Assembly: GCA_963757265.1 (NCBI GenBank)
Contig: CAVWRA010000010.1
Span: forward strand, 344,627 to 408,626
From: Terriglobia bacterium
Lineage (GTDB): Bacteria; Acidobacteriota; Terriglobia; Bryobacterales; Bryobacteraceae
Length of the DNA: 64,000 bases
Direction of reading: 5' to 3'
Positions 9,101 to 18,474 of this stretch are shown one piece after another; within the stretch, counting starts at the first letter, position 1, and every line of letters begins with the position of its first letter. Made by a program: the position numbers and the translations under genes. The notes beneath the pieces are model-generated. The model searched no databases and had not been told where the DNA came from. It worked only from the letters and a program-made list of their open reading frames with translations.

Positions 9101-10309
9101 GTGGAACGTGTCCTGACGATGCTGCTGGCCGGCGGCGCCGGCGAGCGCCTGTATCCGCTCAGCCGCAGGCAGGCCAAGCCCGCCGTGCGCTTCGGCGGCT
9201 ACTACCGTCTGATCGATTTCACGCTCTCCAACTGCCTCAACTCCGGGCTGCGCCAGATCTACTGCCTGATCCAGTACAAGGCCCTCGAACTCTCGCGCCA
9301 CATCCGCGAAGGCTGGAACCTCTTTTCGGGCGAACTGGGCGAGTTCATTGAAGTGTTGCCGCCGATGCAGCGCATGCATGCCGGCTGGTATCTGGGCACC
9401 GCCGACGCCGTGTATCAGAATATCGCCAGCATCTTCGACCAGAACCCGTCGCAAGTGTTGATTGTGGCCGGCGATCACATCTACAAGATGAACTACCACG
9501 AGATGCTGGACGCGCATCGCGCCGCCGGCGCCGCGGCCACCGTGGCCACGCTGCAGGCCGACCCCGCCGAAGCCTATCGTTTCGGCGTCGCCGACATTGA
9601 TCCCGGCTCGCACCTGATCCGCGGGTTTGAAGAGAAGCCCGACCCGGAGCGGGCCGCCCGCTCGGCCTTCGACCCCTCCATGATCAGCGCTTCGATGGGC
9701 GTCTACATCTTCGAAACCAACATCCTGCTCGACCTGCTCAGCGACGACGCCGCCAATCCCGACTCGGCGCACGATTTCGGCCGCGACATCATCCCCGCCA
9801 TGCTCGGCCGCTGGCCCGTTCTGGCGTTCGATTTCCACGATCTGAACGCCAAACGGGCGCGGTATTGGCGCGATGTGGGGACGCTGGACGCCTATTACGA
9901 CGCCAATATGGACCTGGTCAGCGTGGAGCCCGAGTTCAACCTGTATTCGACCGACTGGCCGGTGCGGGCGCGCATGCCCCAGGCGCCGCCGGCCAAATTC
10001 GTCTTTGCCCAGGAGGGGCAGCGCATGGGCGTGGCCACCGATTCCCTGGTCTCGCCGGGCGTGATCATCAGCGGCGGCCGGGTCAGCCGCAGCGTGCTGT
10101 CGCCGGGAGTGCGGGTCAACAGCTATTGCGAAATCGAGAACTCGATTTTGCTGGATAACGTCCAGATCGGGCGCTATTCCCGGCTCCGCAAGTGCATTGT
10201 CAACCAGGGTGCGGCGCTGCCCGAGAAGACCGTCGCCGGCGAGAACGCGGACGCCGACCGCGAGCGTGGCTGGCATGTCACCGAAGGTGGCGTGACGGTC
10301 ATTTCATAG
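9101..10309 (+). CDS. glgC: glucose-1-phosphate adenylyltransferase
   Basis: LAGGAGERLYPLSRRQAKPAVRFGGYYRLIDFTLSNCLNSG, WYLGTADAV and the C-terminal left-handed beta-helix repeats are diagnostic of GlgC. Confidence 0.9.
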   Translation: MERVLTMLLAGGAGERLYPLSRRQAKPAVRFGGYYRLIDFTLSNCLNSGLRQIYCLIQYKALELSRHIREGWNLFSGELGEFIEVLPPMQRMHAGWYLGTADAVYQNIASIFDQNPSQVLIVAGDHIYKMNYHEMLDAHRAAGAAATVATLQADPAEAYRFGVADIDPGSHLIRGFEEKPDPERAARSAFDPSMISASMGVYIFETNILLDLLSDDAANPDSAHDFGRDIIPAMLGRWPVLAFDFHDLNAKRARYWRDVGTLDAYYDANMDLVSVEPEFNLYSTDWPVRARMPQAPPAKFVFAQEGQRMGVATDSLVSPGVIISGGRVSRSVLSPGVRVNSYCEIENSILLDNVQIGRYSRLRKCIVNQGAALPEKTVAGENADADRERGWHVTEGGVTVIS

Positions 10310-10467
10310 CCGGCGCGCCCGCCGGGAGCAGCGCTCCTTTTCCGCTTCCGCGCGGCGCGGAGTTTCCGTGCCGCGACTGACCAAGCCCGCAGCACCGCAA
10401 ACGGCATTCTCCTATTGCGCCTCGCGGAGGATCATAATGGGCACAGCCGACCAAGGAACGCCCTCCT

Positions 10468-10965
10468 ATGCAAATCAGTCATGAGGAAGCCAAGCTGTTT
10501 ACGGGGTTCATCCTCGCCGAATACGAGCGTGAGCGCGCCACAACGGTCCGGGTGATGGATGCCGTTCCCGCCGGCCAGGAGTCCTATGCGCCCGATCTGA
10601 AATCGATGGGCGCGTTGAAACTGGCCTGGCACATCGCCGCCTCCGAGCTGTACTTTTTCGAAGGCGCGACGCAGGGCGCATTTCCCAAGTCGGGGCACGA
10701 GATGCCGGCCTCCGTCCATGGCATGGCCGATCTGCTGGCCTGGTATAACACCAAGCTGCCCGCGCAGATCGACAAAGCCAAATCGCTGTCCGGCGAGGCC
10801 GTCTCGCGCCTGGTCGAGTTCCACACCTCCAAAGTCCCCGCCTATGCCCTGCTGCAGCTCATGCTGAAGCACTCCATCCACCACCGCGGCCAGCTTTCGG
10901 CTTACCTGCGCCCGATGGGCGGCCTGGTGCCGTCGATTTACGGCCCCAGCGCGGATTCAAAATAG
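10468..10965 (+). CDS. DinB-family (DinB_2) metal-binding four-helix-bundle protein
   Basis: WHIAASELYF and C-terminal LKHSIHHRGQLSAYLR are DinB-superfamily His motifs. Confidence 0.7.
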   Translation: MQISHEEAKLFTGFILAEYERERATTVRVMDAVPAGQESYAPDLKSMGALKLAWHIAASELYFFEGATQGAFPKSGHEMPASVHGMADLLAWYNTKLPAQIDKAKSLSGEAVSRLVEFHTSKVPAYALLQLMLKHSIHHRGQLSAYLRPMGGLVPSIYGPSADSK

Positions 10966-11022
10966 CCCCCGACTCACCATTTCCGCCGCTCGAAACGCGC
11001 CGCGGCGTGCGATATTAAGAAA

Positions 11023-12078
11023 ATGACATTTCTCGCACGCCTACTGGCATTGACGCTTTTCGCTTCCCTTTTGTTGGCTGACACCGTCACGCTGGACAAC
11101 GGCGACCACATCAGCGGCAAGGTCATGAAGACAGATGGCAAAGCCTTGGTCATCATGACGGTGTACGCGGGCGAAGTGAAGATCAATCTCTCCGCCATCA
11201 CCGCCCTGACCAGCGACTCGCCGCTCAACGTAGCGCTGAAGTCCGGCCAGACCGCGCGCGGCAACGTGGCCCTGCGCGACGGCCAGTTGAGGGTGAACAA
11301 CGGCACGCCGGCTCAAATGGCCGACGTCGTGGCCATCCGCGACGACGCCGCGCAAAAGGACTGGCAGCGCGAGGACGAGCGGCTGCACCATGCCAGGCTG
11401 CTCGACTTCTGGGCCGGCGCGCTCACATTCGGCCTCTCCCAGGCCGAGGGCAACTCCACTTCGACCACCCTCACCACCGGCGCCGCGGCCACGCGCGCCG
11501 CGGGCAAGGACAAACTGGCGCTGTACTTCAACCAGGTCTATGCCACCCAGAGCACGACTCTGCCCTACGGCGAGACCGCCAACCGCATCGGCGCCGGGGT
11601 CAGCCTCGACCGCGACCTCGCTTCGAAGCTGTATATTTTCGGCACCAACGACTACGACTACGACAAATTCCTGGGTCTGGACCTGCGCGGCGTGTTCGGC
11701 GGCGGCTTCGGCTATCATGCCTGGAAAGGCCCCAGCGGTTATCTCGACATCGGCGGCGGCGCCGACTTCAACCACGAGAAGTACGACACCGGCCTGAGCC
11801 GCAACTCGGCGGAGGTGCTGGTGGACCAGTCGCTCATGCTCAAGCTGCTGGCGAAGCTGAAGCTGCAGGAGCGGGCGGCGCTGTATCCCAATATCAGCGA
11901 CAGCGGGCAGTTCCGCTTCGAGTTCGACGCCAATGCCAGCATGCCGATCTACAAATTCCTGGAATACGACTTCGCCTTCAGCGACCGCTACCAGTCCAAT
12001 CCGCTGCCGCTTCACAAGGACAACGACCGGCTGTTCAGCGTCGGCATCCGCTGGACCTTCGACCAGACGAAAAAATAG
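11023..12078 (+). CDS. DUF481-family outer-membrane beta-barrel protein (YdiY-like)
   Basis: Signal peptide MTFLARLLALTLFASLLLA, alternating beta-strand pattern, C-terminal FSDRYQSNPLPLHKDNDRLFSVGIRWTF. Confidence 0.65.
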   Translation: MTFLARLLALTLFASLLLADTVTLDNGDHISGKVMKTDGKALVIMTVYAGEVKINLSAITALTSDSPLNVALKSGQTARGNVALRDGQLRVNNGTPAQMADVVAIRDDAAQKDWQREDERLHHARLLDFWAGALTFGLSQAEGNSTSTTLTTGAAATRAAGKDKLALYFNQVYATQSTTLPYGETANRIGAGVSLDRDLASKLYIFGTNDYDYDKFLGLDLRGVFGGGFGYHAWKGPSGYLDIGGGADFNHEKYDTGLSRNSAEVLVDQSLMLKLLAKLKLQERAALYPNISDSGQFRFEFDANASMPIYKFLEYDFAFSDRYQSNPLPLHKDNDRLFSVGIRWTFDQTKK

Positions 12079-12435
12079 CCCGGACGCAGCACCGCTTATC
12101 GACTGCCGGAGCTGGAGTGGGGGTTTGGGCGGGCGCACGAAGACCTTAAATAGAAAAGGTGGTCGGAGGGATTTTGGGGCACAGTGGCGCCTCAAGCGGG
12201 CGCACGGGTGCTTCACGTGGATGATGTTCCGGAGGGATTCTGAAGCAATAAAATCGCAGGGCGGAGCAGTGACCAGAGGGTGTCTTCCCAGCGCTGACCC
12301 TGGATGCTCCGCTTTGCACGACGGCTTGCCCCAGCTCGCAATGGCCTGGAGGCCCGCCACAACCCCGCTTTCCTGTGGGGTGGAAGATAGCGAATTTGTT
12401 CACGCGATCACTAGACCGGCCATCGCCCGTTCCGC

Positions 12436-12620
12436 CCTGGCCCGGATGTTTCACCAACAATCGGCTGCGGCGCGCGATAGGACCGCATCTACTTCGTTGC
12501 GCTCGGTCGCCGTCCTCGACGTACTGCCAAGTACGCCTGCGGGCGGCTCCCGTCGCGCGCCTTGTATCTACGGCCCTCTCAACGCGCCTCGCTGCGATCG
12601 TGGTGCAACATCCAGGCTGG
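12436..12620 (+). repeat. TIR-bounded MITE-like element, family 1, copy a
   Basis: Ends CCTGGCCCGGATGTTTCACC ... GGTGCAACATCCAGGCTGG are imperfect inverted repeats. A 58-nt block (cccggatg..cgttgc) matches the reverse complement of 33679-33877 with one mismatch. No coding potential. Confidence 0.7.
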
Positions 12621-13063
12621 AGGATGGCGTTCAGGGTAATCGTCGAGCCACCCGGATCCCATCCTGGGGGATCGGACCGAAGTCCAGAAAGCCGGAAGGC
12701 TGCTACTCGAGGCCTTTCGCCGCCTGCGAGTTGGGGCTGAGATGCTGGCCAGCAATTGCTCTACCCAAAGACAGCAAAACACGGCGGGGCAAGGGGCAAG
12801 CGTGGGTTGGCTGGAACGCATTGATAGTAGGCGAAATATAATTCTCGAGAGCGCGTCACAGGGGTGCGACGGGGGGGGCGGAATGGGCGGCGGGTGGGTG
12901 CTGCTGATGCACGGCGGGGTGGGCCTTGCAAACAGGGACAGAGGGAAATGTTTGGATGGGGATTTGATCCGTCCCATCGGCAATTGCGGCTCAAAGAAGA
13001 CGGACTTATTCGGCGAAATTGCATTCGAACGCGAGCGCACGGCGGTGGTAATCTGAAGCCACC

Positions 13064-13219
13064 ATGTTGGGACCTTACACCATACTTCTCATCGTGCTCT
13101 ACGTGGCCATGGTCCTGTGCATCGCCGGGTTTGTGATTGCGGCGTTGAACCGGATTGGCAGAGGCCTGGAAGGTATCGCTCACGCCCTGCGACACAGGGA
13201 CTCGAAGGCAGCGGAGTAA
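13064..13219 (+). CDS. candidate small membrane protein (51 aa; below the ORF-track cutoff)
   Basis: ATG 13064 to TAA 13217-13219 encodes MLGPYTILLIVLYVAMVLCIAGFVIAALNRIGRGLEGIAHALRHRDSKAAE: one clear TM helix and a basic amphipathic tail. Weak RBS, no homology evidence. Confidence 0.3.
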   Translation: MLGPYTILLIVLYVAMVLCIAGFVIAALNRIGRGLEGIAHALRHRDSKAAE

Positions 13220-13341
13220 TTGCCGGCGCGCGAATCCCGGGAGACCCCGAGCGCCGCGCCGGCACGGAGTTGATGAATCCACATGACGCGGCGACCGGCC
13301 GCGCAGGCCTGCACCGCACCGCAGGCGGCGCGGAGCAGGCG

Positions 13342-15990
13342 TCACTGACCCTGCAGCTGGAAGCTGTAGTGGCCTGAGCCGGCTTCCACAACCACCGCGT
13401 CGTTGTTTTCGGTGACGGTGCTGACACCCTCGACCGATCCGGCGGATTTCTTGCCAGCCCAAATCGCCGTCCCGCCCTCGTTCAGGCTGACGTCGTGCAG
13501 CCCGAGCTTGGGCAGGACGATGCGGGCCGAGGAACCGAACGGCACCATCACCTCCAGCTTCAACCCATCGTCGGTGCGCCGCCACGACGACAAGACCTTG
13601 CCGCGCTGTGTCTCGAAGTTGCCAGCGGCCCATCTCAAGTCGCGAGTTACGCCGGGATGGATGGTCAGTTTCGCGTAGCCTTCCCCGCCTTCGGCCACCT
13701 GGATGCCCGCCAGGTCGGTCATGAACCAGCCGCCGATGGAGCCGAACATGGCGTGGTTGTGCGAGTTCATGGACGGGCCTTCGCGCTTCTGCCACAGCTC
13801 CCACAACGTCGTTGCGCCGTTGGCGATCATGTAGCCCCAGCTCGGGAAGTCGGTCTGGGTAGCGATGTCGTAGGCCAGGTCCAGGTTGCCGTTGCGGCTG
13901 AGCAGCGGCAGCAGGTGCTTGGTCGCCAGGATGCCCGTGGTGAGATGCGAGTCGTTGTGATAGACAATCTGGTTCCACAGATGGCTCATGACGCGGCCGC
14001 GGTTCGTGTCGTCAACCATGCCGTAGACCAGCGGCAGCACCTGCGAACCCTGCGAGCCGTTGCCGTAATAGCCCTCCGCGGCATTGAAGAAGCGCTTGTT
14101 GAAGCCCGCCTTGATCTCGGCGACACGCTGGCGCAGCGCCTGCTCGGCGTCACTCTTGCCCAGCACATGCGCCACTTTCGCGGCTACGTCGGCGGAGGCG
14201 TAGCTGTACACGGTCGAGCTCAGCGGGTTGGGCGTGAAATCCACCGGCACCCAATCGCCGAATTTCGCAAAGTCGGTGGTCCCGCCGGTGCTCTTGCTCC
14301 ACAGGAAATCGGACCACTTGCGGATGCCGTCAAAATGCTGCTCGAGAAGGCGCCGGTCACCGTATTGCTGATAGGCGTACCACAGGATCAGCGGATAGGC
14401 CGCGCCCCAGGGCGGATCGGCCGCGCCGCGCGCAAAGCGAGCCCGGGGCGTGGTGTCGGGCACGGCGCCCTCGGCGTCCTGCTCGTCGTGGATGGTGCGC
14501 AGCCAGTTGGTGTAGAAGGCGGCCATGTCGAAGTTGACCATGGCGGCTTCGGAGTACAGATGCGCGTCGGCCATCCAGCCCATGCGCTCATCGCGCTGGT
14601 TGCAGTCCGTGGGCACGGATTCGAGGTTCGACGTGATGCCCCACTGCACGTTGTGCTGGATCTGGTTCAGCAGCTGCTTGGAGGAAGAAAAGCCACCGAT
14701 GGGCCGGACGTCGCTGTGCACCACGCGGCCCTGCACCGCGTCCATCGGCGGGGCGCCCGGATAGCCGGTCAGCTCGACATATCGGAAACCGTGATAGGTG
14801 AAGTGCGGCTCGAAGACCTCCTGGCCCTCGCCCTTCAGTGTGTAGGTGTCGGTGGCGCGCGCGCTGCGCAGGTTCTCGACGTTCAGGGTGCCGTCGTCGT
14901 AGAGCAGTTCCGCGTGCCGCAGCTTCACCACGGTGCCGCGCGGCCCGCTCACCTTGAGCCGCACCCAGCCGGAGAAGTTCTGGCCCATGTCGTAGACGAA
15001 CATGCCGGGCCGCGGGCTGGTCACGCGCTGGGGCGTCATTTCCATCAGCGTGCGGATCGGCGGCATGGCTTCCGCGCTGAGCTCCTGGGTCGGTGACGGC
15101 GGCAGCGTGGCCGGTTTCCAGCCCTCGCCGGTGAATCCGGCGCGATCCCAACCGGGCTGCTCCAGCCGCGCGTCGTAGCTCTCGCCGTTATACAGGCTGT
15201 CATCGGTAATTGCGCTGCGGCCGGCCTGCCAGGAAGCGTCGCTGACGACCTCGATCCGCTTGCCGCCCTCGAGTTCGATATTCAACTGCAGCAGCGCGAC
15301 GCGGTCGCCGAACCAGCCTTCGCCCAGCAGCAGCGCCACGGCGTTGGGCCCGGAATTCAGGGCGCGCGTCACGTCGTAAGCGTTGTACAGGATGCGCTTG
15401 GCGAAGGCCGTATAGGAGGGATCGAGCACGTGGTTGCCGACCTTGTGGCCGTTGATGCGCAGCTCGTAATAGCCCGCCGCGGCGACGAAGATCTTCGCGC
15501 TGGCGACCTTGCCGGAGACGTTGAACTCCTTGCGCAGGGCGTTGCCCCCGGCGATCCATTGGCCCTTCCAGTCGGTCTTTTCGAGCAGCCCGACGCCAAA
15601 CCGCGCCACCGAACTCCAGCCGCTCTCGTGGCCCGCGTTGTCCCACGTGCGGACCTTCCAGAAGTACGTCCTGCCGCTGTGCAGCGCCGGGCCGGCGTAG
15701 GGCACGTTGACGAACTGAGCGCCGGCGACCTGGCCGCTGTCCCAGACATCGCCGTTCTCCGCGCCGGGATCGGAGGAAACCAGGATCGCGTAGGCGCTCT
15801 GCGCGGCGCCGCGCGTCGTCGAGCCGGGCAGCCAGGACAGGCGAGGCGGAATGGCGTCCACCGCTTCGGGATTCGTCAGGTACTCACAACGCAGGTTTTG
15901 CGGAGCGGGCGCAGGCTGGGCCGCGGCCAGCATGGCGGCGGCGAGCAGGAGGGTCAGGCAATGAGAGTTTCGCATCGGATTGTTCTCCAC
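13342..15990 (-). CDS. alpha-L-rhamnosidase (GH78), secreted
   Basis: Signal peptide, then NLRCEYLTNPEAVDAIPPRLSWLP (typical GH78 N-terminal domain). Large (alpha/alpha)6 region with GDWVP, HNHAMFGSIGGWF. Confidence 0.85.
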   Translation of the reverse strand: MENNPMRNSHCLTLLLAAAMLAAAQPAPAPQNLRCEYLTNPEAVDAIPPRLSWLPGSTTRGAAQSAYAILVSSDPGAENGDVWDSGQVAGAQFVNVPYAGPALHSGRTYFWKVRTWDNAGHESGWSSVARFGVGLLEKTDWKGQWIAGGNALRKEFNVSGKVASAKIFVAAAGYYELRINGHKVGNHVLDPSYTAFAKRILYNAYDVTRALNSGPNAVALLLGEGWFGDRVALLQLNIELEGGKRIEVVSDASWQAGRSAITDDSLYNGESYDARLEQPGWDRAGFTGEGWKPATLPPSPTQELSAEAMPPIRTLMEMTPQRVTSPRPGMFVYDMGQNFSGWVRLKVSGPRGTVVKLRHAELLYDDGTLNVENLRSARATDTYTLKGEGQEVFEPHFTYHGFRYVELTGYPGAPPMDAVQGRVVHSDVRPIGGFSSSKQLLNQIQHNVQWGITSNLESVPTDCNQRDERMGWMADAHLYSEAAMVNFDMAAFYTNWLRTIHDEQDAEGAVPDTTPRARFARGAADPPWGAAYPLILWYAYQQYGDRRLLEQHFDGIRKWSDFLWSKSTGGTTDFAKFGDWVPVDFTPNPLSSTVYSYASADVAAKVAHVLGKSDAEQALRQRVAEIKAGFNKRFFNAAEGYYGNGSQGSQVLPLVYGMVDDTNRGRVMSHLWNQIVYHNDSHLTTGILATKHLLPLLSRNGNLDLAYDIATQTDFPSWGYMIANGATTLWELWQKREGPSMNSHNHAMFGSIGGWFMTDLAGIQVAEGGEGYAKLTIHPGVTRDLRWAAGNFETQRGKVLSSWRRTDDGLKLEVMVPFGSSARIVLPKLGLHDVSLNEGGTAIWAGKKSAGSVEGVSTVTENNDAVVVEAGSGHYSFQLQGQ

Positions 15991-16088
15991 TGAAGAAGGG
16001 TCAGGCGAATTCTATCACTTTGACCGGTGCGGCCCGGCGCGGCCGGCAATATAGACGCAGCGTGGATGCGCGACACTTCGCAGTGCGC

Positions 16089-17085
16089 TCAGCGACATGC
16101 CGGGAATACCCGGAAGGGCGAGGGCGCGGCCGGCGCGGCGCCGAAATCGAAGCTGATTTGCTCGACCAGCGGCTGCCAGTGCGCGGCGCTGGCGAGCCCG
16201 TATGTAACGCTCACATCGTGGAGCAGGTCGTGAATGCGCTGCGGATACTCGCCGCGCACGTAGGCCGAGCGCGCAAAGAGGTCCAGGTAGCGGCGGGCCA
16301 GATGAGGGAACGTGCGTTCGAGGAACGGCAGAAAGACCGCCGCGGCGCTGGGCTGCAGAAACAGCACCCGGCCGTGGAGGTAGCTGGCGCCGGCCAGGCG
16401 GGCCTGCTGTGCGATGGCTTCGATTGCCGCTCGGCTGTCGTTCAGGCCCGGTAGCACTGGGCTGACGGTCACGCCGCAGGCGACGCCCGCCCGTGCCAGC
16501 TCGCCCAGCGCGGCGAAGCGCAGCTCCGGCCGCGGCGCCAGGGGCTCGAGGCAGACGCGCCAGCGCGGTATCGGTGGTGGTGATGGTCATGGTCACGCGC
16601 AGGTTGTTCCGAGCGGAGACCTGTCGCAGCAGTTCGACGTCGTCCGTGACAAGGTCCGATTTGGTCGTAACACCCAGGTTGTAGCCGGTCAGCGTGGCAA
16701 AGACCGAGAGAATGCGGCGCGTCAGGCGGTACCGCCGCTCGGCGGGCTGATAAGGGTCGGTGGCCGTGCCCAGCGCGATCCACTGCCCCGGGCGCACGCG
16801 CCGCAACGCAGCGCGCAGCGCGGCCTCGTCCCAGCGCTTGGCGAAGATCACGCGTTCGAACGCCAGGTTATCATGGAACTCCATGAATTCATGGGTATAG
16901 CGGGCGTAGCAGTACTTGCAGGCGAATTCGCAGCCGCGGTACGGATTGAGGGTCCATTGGAACGGCACCCGAGCGCTCGAGCAGCGATTCAATAGCTGCA
17001 CCGCGGGCAACTCGCGATACTCGACCCGGCGTTTTCGCACCAGGGTCGGGGCGCGGTGGGCACGCAAGGCCAGAGCGGAGACCAT
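16089..17085 (-). pseudogene. radical SAM protein (SplB/PA0069-like, COG1533 type) interrupted by a +1 frameshift
   Basis: N-terminal frame carries CEFACKYCYA (CxxxCxxC) up to ..TTDTALARL. The natural continuation LEPLAPRPELRFAALGELARAGVACGVTVSPVLPGLNDS... to the stop at 16089 is in another frame. The sequence ctg-c-ctcgag near 16551 has one extra C. Confidence 0.75.
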
Positions 17086-17233
17086 GACCGTATATTCGCA
17101 TTTTATTCGCCCACAATCAAGGCCCAGCGACAGCCCGGCGGCATCTCAATCCTTACCGTAACCTGTTGTTTGTCATGCGATTGGCGCATTTTCCACTTTC
17201 GGCGGCGCGCCGCAGATGGCAAAATGAGTACTG

Positions 17234-17701
17234 GTGTCGCACTACCGCGATGAGCGGAATCCGGAAGCGGTCCACTTCCCTGCCCGCTTGTACGTGCTGG
17301 CTTCGTACGGCGCGCTGGCGCTGTTGATCGCCGGCACTGTGGTGCTGATTCTCCTGTTTGACACGCCGCAGCAAACCCGGCCGGATCTGCTGCTGATACT
17401 AGGTTGTCTGGCTGCTTTGGCCGTGATCTGGCCGCGGCAGATCACGACGGACCAGCATGGGGTGCGCCGCGGCGGACCGCTGGGTATCGGGGAGCGATTC
17501 ATCCCCTGGAAGGACGTCCGCCGGGTAGAAGAAACCGCTGAGATTCCGCTGTTGCCCCAGCGCCTGTCCGGGGGCGTGGAGAATTATGTTGTCGTCGTTC
17601 GCGGGCCGCGAGGCGGGCTCCCGATCCGCTTCACCAGCCGGCACTCCGCCAAGGACACGTTTCTGCACGAATTAAAGCGCTGGGGCGTCGCCGGACTTTA
17701 G
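17234..17701 (+). CDS. hypothetical membrane protein (2 TM + small soluble domain)
   Basis: Two hydrophobic helices (LYVLASYGALALLIAGTVVLILL; LLLILGCLAALAVIW) followed by a ~90-aa domain. GTG start, start uncertain. Confidence 0.4.
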   Translation: MSHYRDERNPEAVHFPARLYVLASYGALALLIAGTVVLILLFDTPQQTRPDLLLILGCLAALAVIWPRQITTDQHGVRRGGPLGIGERFIPWKDVRRVEETAEIPLLPQRLSGGVENYVVVVRGPRGGLPIRFTSRHSAKDTFLHELKRWGVAGL

Positions 17702-17764
17702 CGAACCCAGGCCATTCTGCCGTCTCGTTCGGGACCTTCCCAGTGCCTGAAAAAGCAAATTCCC

Positions 17765-18036
17765 TTAGGGCGTGCTCACACTACGCGGACGGCGGCGACG
17801 GGAGCCGGTTTCCCCGAGGTCCAGGAGCGAGGAGCAACGCATACCGGGCGTGCGGCGAGCGACGAGCGACGCGGAAATCGGGGAAACCGGCCCCGTCCCT
17901 CCGGGTTGCGGCGAAAACCGCCTCAGCCTTCGTTGTCGTCCTCGACTTGGAATGGCCAAAGCCAGCGTCCTCCGCCTCGTCTGAGGCGCTTTTCGCGCGC
18001 AACGCCATCCGTTCGGGTAGCGTGAACAGGCCCTAA
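17765..18036. repeat. TIR-bounded MITE-like element, family 3
   Basis: TTAGGGCGTGCTCACACTACGCGG (left) versus reverse complement of the right end TTAGGGCCTGTTCACGCTACCCGA. Internal 13-bp perfect inverted repeat CCGGTTTCCCCGA...TCGGGGAAACCGG. Internal blocks (cgacgggagccg, cttcgttg..cgtcctcgac) are shared with families 1 and 2. TA on both flanks. Confidence 0.55.
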
Positions 18037-18070
18037 TCTGGAAGATGCGGGTGGGCATACTGCTACCGTT

Positions 18071-18105
18071 TTGTCATTGACAAAGAAGCTTGGTTTTGTA
18101 GACTT
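18071..18105 (+). promoter_or_regulatory. sigma70-like promoter candidate with overlapping 7-1-7 palindrome, upstream of the giant OMP gene
   Basis: TTGACA (18078-18083), 16-nt spacer, TAGACT (18100-18105). Perfect palindrome TTTGTCA-T-TGACAAA (18071-18085) overlaps the -35. Confidence 0.35.
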
Positions 18106-18474
18106 ATTTCAGCGGCGTTCTTGCACCTGCCTCCGGCGGTTGTGACGCCTCATTGTTCGAGATGAAGAGGTCTGGCAATCCGGTTCCTGGGCCCAGCCGA
18201 CGCCCGGGATCGCCATAGTGGATGCTTCAGTTCCGACCGCCTGTTCCCGAACGCGTGAGGTCCGTGCTTCGGGGAGACATCAGATAGAATCGGCATTGCA
18301 TCCGTGTCGATGCAGAACGCGCTGAACGGCGGCGCGCAGGGCAAGAGCCGGGTTCCGCGCCGAAGCGGGTGTCGTCGTCCATGGGCCACCGTGGTCCTGC
18401 GCGTCGCGGTATGTAGTATCGAGGGGGAGGGGAGAGTGCAACATCCAAAGTCATTCATAAACTCAATCCCTGGG

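Noticed and set aside
10324-10341. Possible rho-independent terminator after glgC (GGAGC-agc-GCTCC-TTTT).
   Set aside because: The stem is only 5-6 bp and the T-run only 4 nt, which is too weak to report as a feature. No convincing intrinsic terminators were seen elsewhere either.
12079-12436. Possible third copy of the TGTCG module's G-rich left arm (ggagctggagtgggggtttggg...).
   Set aside because: The similarity to copies B and C is patchy, no TGTCG boxes are present, and G-rich sequences align spuriously. Not claimed.
18304-18474. N-terminal extensions implied by ORF-track starts: 18304, 24033, 46403, 33854, 26453, 8965, 61898, 61643.
   Set aside because: In each case an internal start gives a clean signal peptide, Tat motif or domain start, often with a visible RBS. 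The upstream extension is Arg-rich or overlaps a neighbouring gene or repeat.
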